From Nonlabens ponticola (GTDB taxonomy: Bacteria; Bacteroidota; Bacteroidia; Flavobacteriales; Flavobacteriaceae), in contig NZ_CP034549.1 in the NCBI RefSeq assembly GCF_003966335.1, positions 420,001 through 452,000 on the forward strand: 32,000 nucleotides of DNA. Reading direction: 5' to 3'. A program made the translations under genes and the position numbers. Of this stretch, positions 15,727 to 24,912 are shown in pieces. Within the stretch, counting starts at the first letter, position 1, and every line of letters begins with the position of its first letter. A model generated the notes under the pieces. That model did no database searches, was not told where the DNA came from, and was given only the letters and a program-made list of their open reading frames with translations.

Positions 15727-16257
15727 TTATAGCTCTTGCTGTTTTGCCTGGCGCTTATTCTTGAAATAAATCTTGTCTGCAATGTATATGGTTTTCTGCA
15801 CCGTGCAGTAGATTTTGTTGCCGCTACCATCAGTTAAATGGACGATTTTTGTAATCTCTGTCTCATCTTGTGATTTAACTCGTGCGATAATATCATCTAC
15901 CTCGTCCATGGTATACGTGAAACTGGCATACAAATCCTCTCGTGCAGGCCGCTTGAATTGAATCGCGGCTGCCTTGTCCCAAACAATATAATCATCACCC
16001 AACAGATTAACCAATTGTACCATCGGTATAGGATCCACGGCGGCAAACATACTGCCGCCAAAGATGGAGTTCATATAATTGCGGTTTTTCCACGAGATAG
16101 GCAGCTTGATCTTTATCTCTAATAAATCATCTGTCACGCTCGTGATGCGAGCCGTGCTGCGCCTATACATGGGTGATAGATTAAAGCCATACTTCAGGAG
16201 CGTGGACTTTGCCATGTACTTAGAACCAGTTTTGGCTAGGTTTTGATAAAAAGACAT
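15727..16257 (-). CDS. DUF4442-type hotdog-fold (thioesterase-like) protein
   Basis: NSIFGGSMFAAVDPIPMVQL...YIVWDKAAAIQFKRPA resembles the YiiD C-terminal/DUF4442 family as I remember it. Confidence 0.6.
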   Translation of the reverse strand: MSFYQNLAKTGSKYMAKSTLLKYGFNLSPMYRRSTARITSVTDDLLEIKIKLPISWKNRNYMNSIFGGSMFAAVDPIPMVQLVNLLGDDYIVWDKAAAIQFKRPAREDLYASFTYTMDEVDDIIARVKSQDETEITKIVHLTDGSGNKIYCTVQKTIYIADKIYFKNKRQAKQQEL

Positions 16258-16271
16258 TAAAATGGATAGCT

Positions 16272-17882
16272 CTAGTAAGACACAAACTGGCTGGAGTATG
16301 AATTACCATTGGTTTCTATCTTATAAAGATACTGCCCAGTAGCTAATCTTTGTTTGAGCGAGGCCTTGACATCAAATTCATGCCTGCCTGGCATGTAAAA
16401 TTCATTTGCTACTTGACCCACGAATTGACCCAGCATATTATAGATGGATATCTTTAATCTTGCGCCGCTTTCTTGCTCTATTCTCAAGATGTTTTGGCTG
16501 CCACGTGTCATCATCACGTGTTTAAAAGCAATATCATTGAATGATGGTGCGCTGGCCGTATTGCAATTGAATCCCAGGCTTACATTCTCATAGGCAGTGT
16601 TGTACATGGCTTGGTTAACGGCGGCTTGCGGTATGCACAACCAGTCTGTAAGTACCGTGCTATAAATATCCCTAAAGTCACGGTCATGAAACATATTACC
16701 GTTTTGATCTAGGTCAGTCAAGCTAGGATGATTACCTATAAAACCGTTGCCCTGTAATCCACCACCAAAAAGCATCATAGGCGCCGCCGTTCCATGATCC
16801 GTTCCCTGGCTACCATTTTGCTCTACGCGCCGGCCAAACTCTGATATGGTCATGCACAGGACTTCATCTTGATTACCGTAAGACTCAAGATCTTTATAAA
16901 AAGCATCAATGGCATTTGTCAAACGCGACATTTGTCGGGCGTGGCGATCTGTTTGATCTGCATGTGTATCAAGACCGTCAAGTGTCACCATATAGATTTT
17001 AGTGCCGAGATTACCTTTTAATAATCTAGCAACTATAGAGAACTGTTCTGCAATGCTGTTATTTTCATAATCTGCTTGCGTGTTGCTCGCTTCATAGGCA
17101 TTGTTGATTACACCAGCATATTTAAAGGTAGTATTTGTTGTGCTGCGCAAATAAGCTAGCTGACTGCCATAGGTACAATCTGGTACATCATTTACATCGT
17201 GTTGCCAGCCATTTTGAGCCAGTGAATACAGTTGTTGTGGATCTGCTACAGAGAATGCATAATTTGCATCAAGCCCTTCAAATGCCAGATTGCCCAGACT
17301 ACCTATTTGTATCGCTGGTGGTATGTCTGGCGGCTCCAGTAAAAAATTGGGCAGTTGCTGGTCATAATATCTACCCAGCCATCCAGTCTCTACTTCTTCG
17401 TCTGCGACGGTACTTGCCCAAATATCGCTTGCGCGGAAGTGTGACAAGCTAGCATCTTCATAACCAACGCCATGGACTACCTTCATTTTACCATCACCCC
17501 AAAGCGATTGCAACGGCTGCATGAAATCTGGTAACCCAAAATCATCATTAAGTCTATGCAAACTACTGCGACCCAGCGCGATATTGGGTCGTACAGCAGC
17601 ATAGCTGTCATAATCAAATAGAGGAACGATCGTATTGAGGCCGTCATTACCACCTTTAAGTCTAATAAGAACTAGTGACCTACCGTTGTCGCTTTCATTA
17701 AGCGCTTTTGTGATGGGAGAAACCACAGCTGCAGAAACCTTGGAGGTTCCCAACGCGATGCTACCAGCACCTGCAATTCCTATAGCTTGTAAAAATGCCC
17801 TGCGATTCCACGCCTCATGCTCCTGATGGTGAGCTGTTGAGTTAGGGTCTTGATGTTTTTTGTTTTTATCTGTATTACACAT
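16272..17882 (-). CDS. DUF1501 (sulfatase-like) protein with a Tat signal and a T9SS C-terminal sorting domain
   Basis: The twin-arginine motif NRRAFLQAIGIAGAGSIALG comes after a long polar N-region. The DUF1501-like core has DGLDTHADQ and GTDHGTAAPMMLFGG. The last ~80 aa (LKISIYNMLGQFVG...GQYLYKIETNGNSYSSQFVSY) look like a type-A T9SS CTD. Confidence 0.75.
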   Translation of the reverse strand: MCNTDKNKKHQDPNSTAHHQEHEAWNRRAFLQAIGIAGAGSIALGTSKVSAAVVSPITKALNESDNGRSLVLIRLKGGNDGLNTIVPLFDYDSYAAVRPNIALGRSSLHRLNDDFGLPDFMQPLQSLWGDGKMKVVHGVGYEDASLSHFRASDIWASTVADEEVETGWLGRYYDQQLPNFLLEPPDIPPAIQIGSLGNLAFEGLDANYAFSVADPQQLYSLAQNGWQHDVNDVPDCTYGSQLAYLRSTTNTTFKYAGVINNAYEASNTQADYENNSIAEQFSIVARLLKGNLGTKIYMVTLDGLDTHADQTDRHARQMSRLTNAIDAFYKDLESYGNQDEVLCMTISEFGRRVEQNGSQGTDHGTAAPMMLFGGGLQGNGFIGNHPSLTDLDQNGNMFHDRDFRDIYSTVLTDWLCIPQAAVNQAMYNTAYENVSLGFNCNTASAPSFNDIAFKHVMMTRGSQNILRIEQESGARLKISIYNMLGQFVGQVANEFYMPGRHEFDVKASLKQRLATGQYLYKIETNGNSYSSQFVSY

Positions 17883-17890
17883 GGCTAGCT

Positions 17891-19342
17891 TTATTTAAGT
17901 TGAAATTCTGGCATTCTAAATAAATGCCTTAACAGCAAGGTCATTTGATACGGCACAGAACTCCAATTGAGGTTCCACTGTCGTTCATCAAAATAATTTT
18001 GCGGGACATCACCCTTAAACGTGGTGGCGGCTAGTTCATAATCACTTTGTGTAAATAAGGTATCTGGTAAAAATCTATTGACCACATCACGTGTGATCTG
18101 CTCGACATCGTCGATAGAATCACTGTTCGCTAATGCGATATTGCGCAGCAATTCTTTATCTCGGTCCCAGGTCATCCACATAATATATTCTGCGGCGCTC
18201 CAGCGACCCGTGATGGTGCTGCTATTGATCCAGTCGCGATCTCCCTGCCAGCCAGCTACATCAATAGGATCAAAGTAAGTTTGTCCCAATATGGAGGCAA
18301 AGTAACCTACAACTTGTAGTTCTTGATCAATAAGCGGTGTCTGGATCTCGTTTATGAATGCCAGCGTGTAATCAAACGGACTTTTAATCATCGCTGCCAT
18401 TGCGGCATCATCGAAAAAGTGCTCGCTTTTGAAAAGCTTTCTATATACTGGTTCAAGTTCCCAATCAGCTGATTTGAATACCGTTGCCAACTCATCGATG
18501 ATAAATTCATCTGGCGAGGCTGGACTTACAAAATGATGGTAAATCTTAGTCACAATAAATTTTGCCACCTCATCAGCTCGCTCTTGAAAGATGAGATCAA
18601 TTAAGGAATCATGATCAAAGTTTGCCGTGACCCCAAAAATGGTTTTTTCTCCAGAGTCAAATTTGCTCTCATCAAAAGTTATCGTACCACCTAATTCCCT
18701 CACGTTAGTATAGCCAGTCAACGCTCTAGAGGCCTCTACAATATCTTGCTGGGTATAGCCATTATCTTCTCCTAATGTAAAGAGTTCAAATAACTCTCGA
18801 GCATAATTTTCATTAGGGTTGTTCTTTCTATTGCGTCGCCCATCCAGAAAAACCAGCATGGCTGGGCTCTTACCTATTTCCTTGACAAAGTCTTTAAAAT
18901 TACCAAATGTATTTTCCTGCAGTAATCTGTAATATTGAAACATCCAGCTAGGCGCATTGTAGTCCTCTACCCTAGTGACAAAATGATTGTGCCAGAAGGT
19001 GACCATTTTGCCTTTAAGCTCTGTACTAAGCAGGTCCTTGATCACTTGCAATCGCCATTCTGTGATTTTAGGAAAACGCTCTTCTTGATAGTCATTGTAA
19101 TCATTGCGATCCCAGTAACCCCATTCTGGCGCTGGTGTATGGCTATAATTGATGGATCTACTTATCCAATTATCAATGTACATTTGAGGTTGAATATCAA
19201 GGGCATCAAGTTCTTGATTGACGGACATACCGTAACCTAGTCGCCTGGATATGTGCCGTACGCGCTGGATATTCCAGGGTTGAGAATCGCTAGGCACATA
19301 GACTTCTAAGGTACCAGTATTACAGGGATTAAGGGTCTCCAT
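17891..19342 (-). CDS. DUF1800-family protein
   Basis: FWHNHF, ENYARELFELFTLG and GYT..D motifs. Lies 8 nt upstream of the DUF1501 gene, the usual pairing. No obvious signal peptide. Confidence 0.7.
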   Translation of the reverse strand: METLNPCNTGTLEVYVPSDSQPWNIQRVRHISRRLGYGMSVNQELDALDIQPQMYIDNWISRSINYSHTPAPEWGYWDRNDYNDYQEERFPKITEWRLQVIKDLLSTELKGKMVTFWHNHFVTRVEDYNAPSWMFQYYRLLQENTFGNFKDFVKEIGKSPAMLVFLDGRRNRKNNPNENYARELFELFTLGEDNGYTQQDIVEASRALTGYTNVRELGGTITFDESKFDSGEKTIFGVTANFDHDSLIDLIFQERADEVAKFIVTKIYHHFVSPASPDEFIIDELATVFKSADWELEPVYRKLFKSEHFFDDAAMAAMIKSPFDYTLAFINEIQTPLIDQELQVVGYFASILGQTYFDPIDVAGWQGDRDWINSSTITGRWSAAEYIMWMTWDRDKELLRNIALANSDSIDDVEQITRDVVNRFLPDTLFTQSDYELAATTFKGDVPQNYFDERQWNLNWSSVPYQMTLLLRHLFRMPEFQLK

Positions 19343-19425
19343 GTGTGCGGTGGTTAGAGTTATTGTGTGTTGAGAATAACCCTTAAATTACTTCTTTAGT
19401 ATAAAAAACGTTAATTGGCAGATGT

Positions 19426-19433
19426 TAAATTTT
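19426..19433 (+). promoter_or_regulatory. -7 box TAAATTTG
   Basis: Matches TAnnTTTG, 8 nt before ATG 19442. Confidence 0.35.
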
Positions 19434-19441
19434 GATAATCA

Positions 19442-20341
19442 ATGAATTACCTACCGCATAAAAGTCCGCAGCCTGGATCGCACATTAGGATATTATGTAC
19501 TGCTCGTGGGACTTCTATAGAAAAATTAGCGCCTGCAATACAATGGCTAGAAGAATCTGGTTATAGAGTGAGCCTAGGTGAAACCGTCGGTAAAAAGCAT
19601 CATCAATTTGGCGGAACCAGACAGGAACGCCTCGATGATATGAATAATGCACTTAAGGATCCTGATGTTGATGCTATCTGGGTAGCTCGTGGTGGCTATG
19701 GCTCCATACAGATTGTTGATGACCTTAATCCTGAATTAGTAAAAACCAGTAATACATTGCTGTTGGGATATTCTGACGTTACCGTATTGCATGCCTTGTG
19801 GCAACAAGCAGGCTTACAAAGTATCCACACCTTCATGCCGCAAGAATGGAACGAGAAGCCACCGCAAGTATTGAATAGCTTTCTTAATACGATAAAAGGT
19901 AAAGAGCAAACTTATAAATTGCCAAACGCGGATCAACATGCGCCAGCGATCATTAAAGCACCGGTGATAGGTGGCAATCTATCAGTCTTATGTAGCATGA
20001 TTGGATCATCGACGTATCCAAGCCATGAAGATCATATCCTTTTCATGGAAGACCTTGACGAATTATTGTACCACATTGATCGACTAATGACCATGCTCGA
20101 GCGCGCAGGTAAACTCAAAAACCTGAAAGTATTACTGGTAGGCGGCATGACAGATATGAGAGATCACGAGATTCCATTTGGCAAAAATGCAAGGCAAATT
20201 ATTGAAGAACATACTGCTGGTGTTGACTTTCCAGTAATCTTTGATTTTCCTGCAGGTCATATAGTAGATAATTATAGTTTTACTCTAGGTAAAATGATGC
20301 AAATTGAGATAGGCACTGATTTGATAACCATCACACAATAA
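19442..20341 (+). CDS. ldcA: LD-carboxypeptidase (peptidase S66)
   Basis: GYSDVTVLH nucleophile block, ARGGYGS, and a C-terminal FPAGH. Confidence 0.85.
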   Translation: MNYLPHKSPQPGSHIRILCTARGTSIEKLAPAIQWLEESGYRVSLGETVGKKHHQFGGTRQERLDDMNNALKDPDVDAIWVARGGYGSIQIVDDLNPELVKTSNTLLLGYSDVTVLHALWQQAGLQSIHTFMPQEWNEKPPQVLNSFLNTIKGKEQTYKLPNADQHAPAIIKAPVIGGNLSVLCSMIGSSTYPSHEDHILFMEDLDELLYHIDRLMTMLERAGKLKNLKVLLVGGMTDMRDHEIPFGKNARQIIEEHTAGVDFPVIFDFPAGHIVDNYSFTLGKMMQIEIGTDLITITQ

Positions 20342-20343
20342 TC

Positions 20344-20706
20344 ATGGCAGATCATAACAAACTGGGCAATGAAGGTGAAGAACTGGCATACCTGCATCTT
20401 CTCAAGACAGGCTACGAGATATTGACCCGCAATTATGTATTCCAGAAAGGTGAGATTGATATCATCGCTAGAAAAGAAAATACCATCATTATTGTAGAAG
20501 TAAAAACACGATCGACTCCAGACTTTGGCGATCCACAAGACTTTTTAAAGCCAGGACAGATTAAACGCTTGGTTGCTACCGCACATCATTTTGTAGAAGA
20601 GCTGGAAGAAAATGACCTAGACGTGAGGTTTGATATCGTTGCCATCATAAAGAATAAGGCTGGCACGAGAATCGAGCATCTCGAAGATGCTTTCTATCAT
20701 TTCTAA
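20344..20706 (+). CDS. yraN: YraN-family (UPF0102) predicted endonuclease
   Basis: GEELA..L...GY.IL.RN......GEIDIIA......I.VEVK. About 120 aa. Confidence 0.85.
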   Translation: MADHNKLGNEGEELAYLHLLKTGYEILTRNYVFQKGEIDIIARKENTIIIVEVKTRSTPDFGDPQDFLKPGQIKRLVATAHHFVEELEENDLDVRFDIVAIIKNKAGTRIEHLEDAFYHF

Positions 20707-20714
20707 AAAATGAA

Positions 20715-20737
20715 AAACGCCTCATTAAGAGGCGTTT
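20715..20737. terminator. bidirectional intrinsic terminator
   Basis: Stem AAACGCCTC / GAGGCGTTT with an ATTAA loop, flanked by A and T runs. Confidence 0.8.
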
Positions 20738-20760
20738 TATAAGTTTCAAAATAAAAGAAC

Positions 20761-21915
20761 TTAGTTTTTAGTCTTCCTTTTTTGTTTGTCCTTGAGCTCT
20801 TCAATAGTTTCATCGACTTGCTCCATGGCTTCTATCATCTTAGTCTCTTGAGACACTTCTTTGACTAGATAGACATAAACTGGAAAGTGGTCACTGTAGC
20901 CACCAGTAAACGTGCTGCCTAGAAAGCTGCGATACGGATAACCCTTGTAGGACCCAGTTTTATTGGTCATAAAACTAGGATTAAATATGTGGGCTTGATA
21001 GTATTTATAACCATCAACGCCTGATTCATTGAGTAATGGATAGGTCATCATGATCTGGTCAAAAGTATTTCCTGCATCACGGTAAAATAGTGTACTATAA
21101 CCTTGCTTATACATTTGCTCATAAGGATTATAAACCATTTGAGCTTTGACGTCTTCACGATCTTTTTTGGCACCTATATAAACCTTGACACTCTCGTTTG
21201 TAGGATCATCGTTAAGGTCACCCATGACCATGATTTTTGACATGGCATCAACACTATGCAAACTATCTATAATCGTTTTATTGAGCGCTGCTGCAGCATT
21301 ACGCCTGCTACGGCTGCGTTGCTCGCCACCACTGCGCGATGGCCAGTGATTCACAATAAAGCTGATCTTATCGCCATTGAGTAATCCAGTGACAACTATC
21401 GGGCTGCGAGTATAGATACGGTCACCATCAGATGGATCATAAATAAGTAGCTCTTTAGATGCGCTATTCAATACCTTGAACTCGCTTTTTCTATACAGTA
21501 AACCGGTATCAATACCACGCTTGTCAGGTGAGTTGTAATGCTCGATCCCGTAATCATAGTCTATAAGCAATGGATGGTTTACAAGATCCTCAAGCACCTT
21601 GCGGTTCTCTATCTCGCATACACCGACGATAGCTGGTGCACTTTGTGATACATCAGCACCTATTTTGCGTATCACGCGTGCCATATTAGATAATTTCTTC
21701 TGGTAAACTTCTTCTCGTATCCCAGCGTCCATCTCCATAATTGGGCTTGCCTCATCGTTTATGGTCGTATCATCTTCGGTGTCAAAGAGGTTTTCTAAAT
21801 TGTAGAAAGCAACGGTTTGCACTTTGTATTGTTTCGCTTGTTGAGATGATTGTGCTGTTACCGCTTTCGCGAAAGCTAAACAAAACAACATACTGGTAAT
21901 CACACTTTTATACAT
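20761..21915 (-). CDS. secreted endonuclease/exonuclease/phosphatase (EEP) family protein
   Basis: Signal peptide MYKSVITSMLFCLAFAKAVTAQ. EEP blocks VAFYNLENLFD, GVCEIEN, NHWPSR, MGDLNDDP and GGYSDHFPVYVYL. Confidence 0.85.
   Translation of the reverse strand: MYKSVITSMLFCLAFAKAVTAQSSQQAKQYKVQTVAFYNLENLFDTEDDTTINDEASPIMEMDAGIREEVYQKKLSNMARVIRKIGADVSQSAPAIVGVCEIENRKVLEDLVNHPLLIDYDYGIEHYNSPDKRGIDTGLLYRKSEFKVLNSASKELLIYDPSDGDRIYTRSPIVVTGLLNGDKISFIVNHWPSRSGGEQRSRSRRNAAAALNKTIIDSLHSVDAMSKIMVMGDLNDDPTNESVKVYIGAKKDREDVKAQMVYNPYEQMYKQGYSTLFYRDAGNTFDQIMMTYPLLNESGVDGYKYYQAHIFNPSFMTNKTGSYKGYPYRSFLGSTFTGGYSDHFPVYVYLVKEVSQETKMIEAMEQVDETIEELKDKQKRKTKN
21863..21876. repeat. palindromic element copy H (inside CDS)
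   Basis: Perfect 14-mer encoding A-F-A-K-A within the signal peptide (CLAFAKAVTA). Confidence 0.95.
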
Positions 21916-21968
21916 AGGTATAAGGTTCTAAGTTTAAGTTATTGTAAAATATCATACAAACGACGCGC

Positions 21969-21976
21969 CAAAAATA
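21969..21976 (-). promoter_or_regulatory. -7 box TATTTTTG (EEP nuclease side)
   Basis: Matches TAnnTTTG on the minus strand, about 53 nt before ATG 21915. Confidence 0.3.
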
Positions 21977-21996
21977 CGTTACTGAATATTAATACG

Positions 21997-22004
21997 TAGT
22001 TTTG
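21997..22004 (+). promoter_or_regulatory. -7 box TAGTTTTG (TonB-receptor side)
   Basis: Matches TAnnTTTG, 38 nt before ATG 22043. Back-to-back with the box at 21969-21976. Confidence 0.35.
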
Positions 22005-22042
22005 CCCGCCCATAGATAACGTTATAATAATATTAACATCGC

Positions 22043-24883
22043 ATGAACCAATTCTATTCTAGACTTTTAATCGCCGTTATGTTGCTATTTACCTCGCTAG
22101 GTACGGCACAAGAGCTATTAAAAGGTCGCGTCATTGACGAGACGACCGAAGAGCCTATTCCAGGCGTTGTTGTTACCATCAAAGACAGTCAGCTTAAAGT
22201 AACAACCGATGCACAAGGTTATTTTGTTTTTACAAGAGATCTACAACTAGGCGATCAAATCCTTGTTATTGAGGCAAATGAATACATTACACGCTCCATA
22301 CCAGTCGTTTTGGTGGAAGGTGAGACGGTAAATCTAGATCCTCTTTATCTACAGGTAGACACCATACAACAGGAACAATCAGTTGGTATCATCTCGTTGA
22401 CTGAAAATGATTTGTCTGAAGAAGATAATGCCTCTAATAATATCTCTGGACTCTTACAAGCGACTAGAGACCAGTTCTTAAGAGCTGCGGCTTTTGATTT
22501 TAGCGCGACTTTCTTCAGACCTCGCGGTTTGAATAGTGAAGATGGAAAAATCTTGATCAACGGTATTGAGATGAACAAGCAATTTTCTGGCCGCCCACAG
22601 TGGTCAAATTGGGGCGGAATCAATGACCTACAGCGCAACCAGACGTTTACCATGGGATTGACGCCAGCAGATAACTCCTTTGGTGGGTACGGTGGTGTAC
22701 AAAGTATTGACATGCGTGCAACACAACAGCGTCAAGGAACAAATATTTCCTACGCATCTGCTAACCGTAGTTATCAGGCGCGCTATATGGCTACTTATAA
22801 ATCAGGATTATTAAGTAGTGGCTGGGCTTATGCCATCGCTGCTTCAAGAAGATCGGGTGATGAAGGATTTGTAGAAGGAACTTTATATGATGCCAATTCT
22901 CTAAGTCTTAACGTAGAGAAAAAGATTAATGAGGACCACTTTATCAACTTTACAGGTGTCTATGCTGCTAATAGACGCGGTCGCCGTACGGCAATCACTG
23001 ATGAAATTAGAGACCTTAAAGGTATTGACTACAACCCATTTTGGGGTCTTCAAGAAGGTGCTGAGCGTAACTCGAGAATACGTGAAATTGATGAGCCGTT
23101 CTTTATCTTGAGCCACAATTGGAATGTAAACCCTAAGATCAAATGGAATACTAATGTTTCTTACCAATTTGGTAAAATAGGTAACACTCGTATCGATAAT
23201 GGTGGTACAAGACTTGTGAATGTTGATGGTCAAAACACCTTCTTAGGTGGTGCTCGCAACCCTAACCCAGATTATTACCAGAACTTGCCTAGTTTCTTCT
23301 TGAGAAACGGACAGGATTTGACAGACTTAGGTCGTGCTTACCGCGCTGAGCAGGACTTTATTCAAGATGGTCAACTTAACTGGAATGATATCTATGAAGC
23401 AAACCGCATCTTGAGAGAAAGCGGTGGCAATTCCATCTACATCATCCAGGAAGATCGTATTGATGACAATCAGTTTCAAGCAAGCAGCATCATTACTGCA
23501 GACCTTGCAGATAATATCCTATTTAATGGTGGCGTTTCCTACCGCAAGCTAGAAAGTGAGAACTATGCACTGGCACAGGACTTATTGGGCGGTACTGGTT
23601 ATCTAGATGTTGATTTCTTTGCTGAGGAAACAACACAAATCACCCAAGATCAAGCAGCACAGTCAGACATTAGAAATCCTAATCGTATAGTTACAGAAGG
23701 TGATCGCTACAAATACAACTATGTGATTGATGCTAATGTTGCGAGCGCGTTTGCACAAGCACAATTCAAGACCAATAAAGTAGATTTTTATGTAGCGGGT
23801 AATGTTTCTCAAACTGACTATCAACGTGAAGGTTTATATGAGAACGGTAACTTCCCTGGTGAGCAATCATTTGGAAAAAGTGAGAAGGTCGACTTTACCA
23901 ACTTTGGTGTAAAAGGTGGTGCTACTTATAAAATTAACGGCCTTAATTTCCTAGACCTCAATGCTGCCTACCTAACTAGAGCGCCATACATTAGAAACAC
24001 TTTTGTTAACGCACGTCAAAATAATTTGATTGTTGATGATATTGAATCAGAGCGTAGCTACAGTCTTGACGCAAGTTATATTTATCGATCACCTATCGTG
24101 AAGGCCAGACTTACAGGTTATGCCATTCAATTTAAGGACGGTAACGATTTAGGCTTCTATTTTACGGAAGATCTTACAGGTTTGCCTGCTGACGACGGCG
24201 CGGCTTTTGTTCAAGAAGTAATGACCGATGTTGATAGAAGAAATATGGGAGTTGAATTAGGTGTTGAAGTACAAGTAACCCCAACTATCAAATTGAAAGG
24301 TGCTGCAGCGGTAGGTCAGAATGTTTACACAAACAATCCTAATCTATACTTGACTAGTGATGATTTCCCAGGTCAATTGACATTTGGCGATGGTAAGGCA
24401 CAACTTAAGAACCTACACGTTGCCGGAGGACCTGAGACCGCGATGCAATTAGGTTTTGAGTATCGTGATCCTGATTACTGGAACATTGGTGTAACTGCAA
24501 ACTATTTTGCTAACGGCTACTCAGATATTAGTAACTTAAGACGTACCGCAAACTTTTCTCAAGACAGTGATGGTATTGAATTTGCAGGGTTTGATGAGGA
24601 CATTGCAAGAGAGTTGTTGAGACAAGAACAATTTGACGACTATATGCTTGTCAATGTAATTGGTGGTAAATCATGGAGGATTGACAATAAGTTTGTAGGT
24701 TTCTTTGCCACCATCAACAATGTATTTGATCAAGAGTATAAAACGGGTGGTTTTGAACAATCTCGTAATTCTAACTTTAGATCAGTACAAGAAGACCAGA
24801 ATAACCCAACAGAAGTGTTTGCACCAAGATATTTCTTCGGTAACGGCACAACCTATTACCTAAATGTGTATCTAAGATTTTAA
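22043..24883 (+). CDS. TonB-dependent receptor with an N-terminal carboxypeptidase-regulatory-like domain
   Basis: Signal peptide ...SLGTAQ. LLKGRVIDETTEEPIPGVVVTIKDS (CarbopepD_reg-like), a plug (ILINGIEMN), a roughly 700-aa barrel and a terminal ...NVYLRF. Confidence 0.88.
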   Translation: MNQFYSRLLIAVMLLFTSLGTAQELLKGRVIDETTEEPIPGVVVTIKDSQLKVTTDAQGYFVFTRDLQLGDQILVIEANEYITRSIPVVLVEGETVNLDPLYLQVDTIQQEQSVGIISLTENDLSEEDNASNNISGLLQATRDQFLRAAAFDFSATFFRPRGLNSEDGKILINGIEMNKQFSGRPQWSNWGGINDLQRNQTFTMGLTPADNSFGGYGGVQSIDMRATQQRQGTNISYASANRSYQARYMATYKSGLLSSGWAYAIAASRRSGDEGFVEGTLYDANSLSLNVEKKINEDHFINFTGVYAANRRGRRTAITDEIRDLKGIDYNPFWGLQEGAERNSRIREIDEPFFILSHNWNVNPKIKWNTNVSYQFGKIGNTRIDNGGTRLVNVDGQNTFLGGARNPNPDYYQNLPSFFLRNGQDLTDLGRAYRAEQDFIQDGQLNWNDIYEANRILRESGGNSIYIIQEDRIDDNQFQASSIITADLADNILFNGGVSYRKLESENYALAQDLLGGTGYLDVDFFAEETTQITQDQAAQSDIRNPNRIVTEGDRYKYNYVIDANVASAFAQAQFKTNKVDFYVAGNVSQTDYQREGLYENGNFPGEQSFGKSEKVDFTNFGVKGGATYKINGLNFLDLNAAYLTRAPYIRNTFVNARQNNLIVDDIESERSYSLDASYIYRSPIVKARLTGYAIQFKDGNDLGFYFTEDLTGLPADDGAAFVQEVMTDVDRRNMGVELGVEVQVTPTIKLKGAAAVGQNVYTNNPNLYLTSDDFPGQLTFGDGKAQLKNLHVAGGPETAMQLGFEYRDPDYWNIGVTANYFANGYSDISNLRRTANFSQDSDGIEFAGFDEDIARELLRQEQFDDYMLVNVIGGKSWRIDNKFVGFFATINNVFDQEYKTGGFEQSRNSNFRSVQEDQNNPTEVFAPRYFFGNGTTYYLNVYLRF

Positions 24884-24912
24884 AAGCAATGATCAATTTA
24901 AATAACAATAGA

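Noticed and set aside
15615-15830. ORF 15615..15830 (-)
   Set aside because: It straddles the abutting ends of two better-supported convergent genes and has no independent support.
17135-19240. Plus-strand ORFs inside the DUF1501/DUF1800 genes
   Set aside because: Antisense shadows with no motifs.
20272-20538. ORF 20272..20538 (-)
   Set aside because: It overlaps the ldcA 3' end and the yraN 5' half on the opposite strand, and both of those have clear family motifs.
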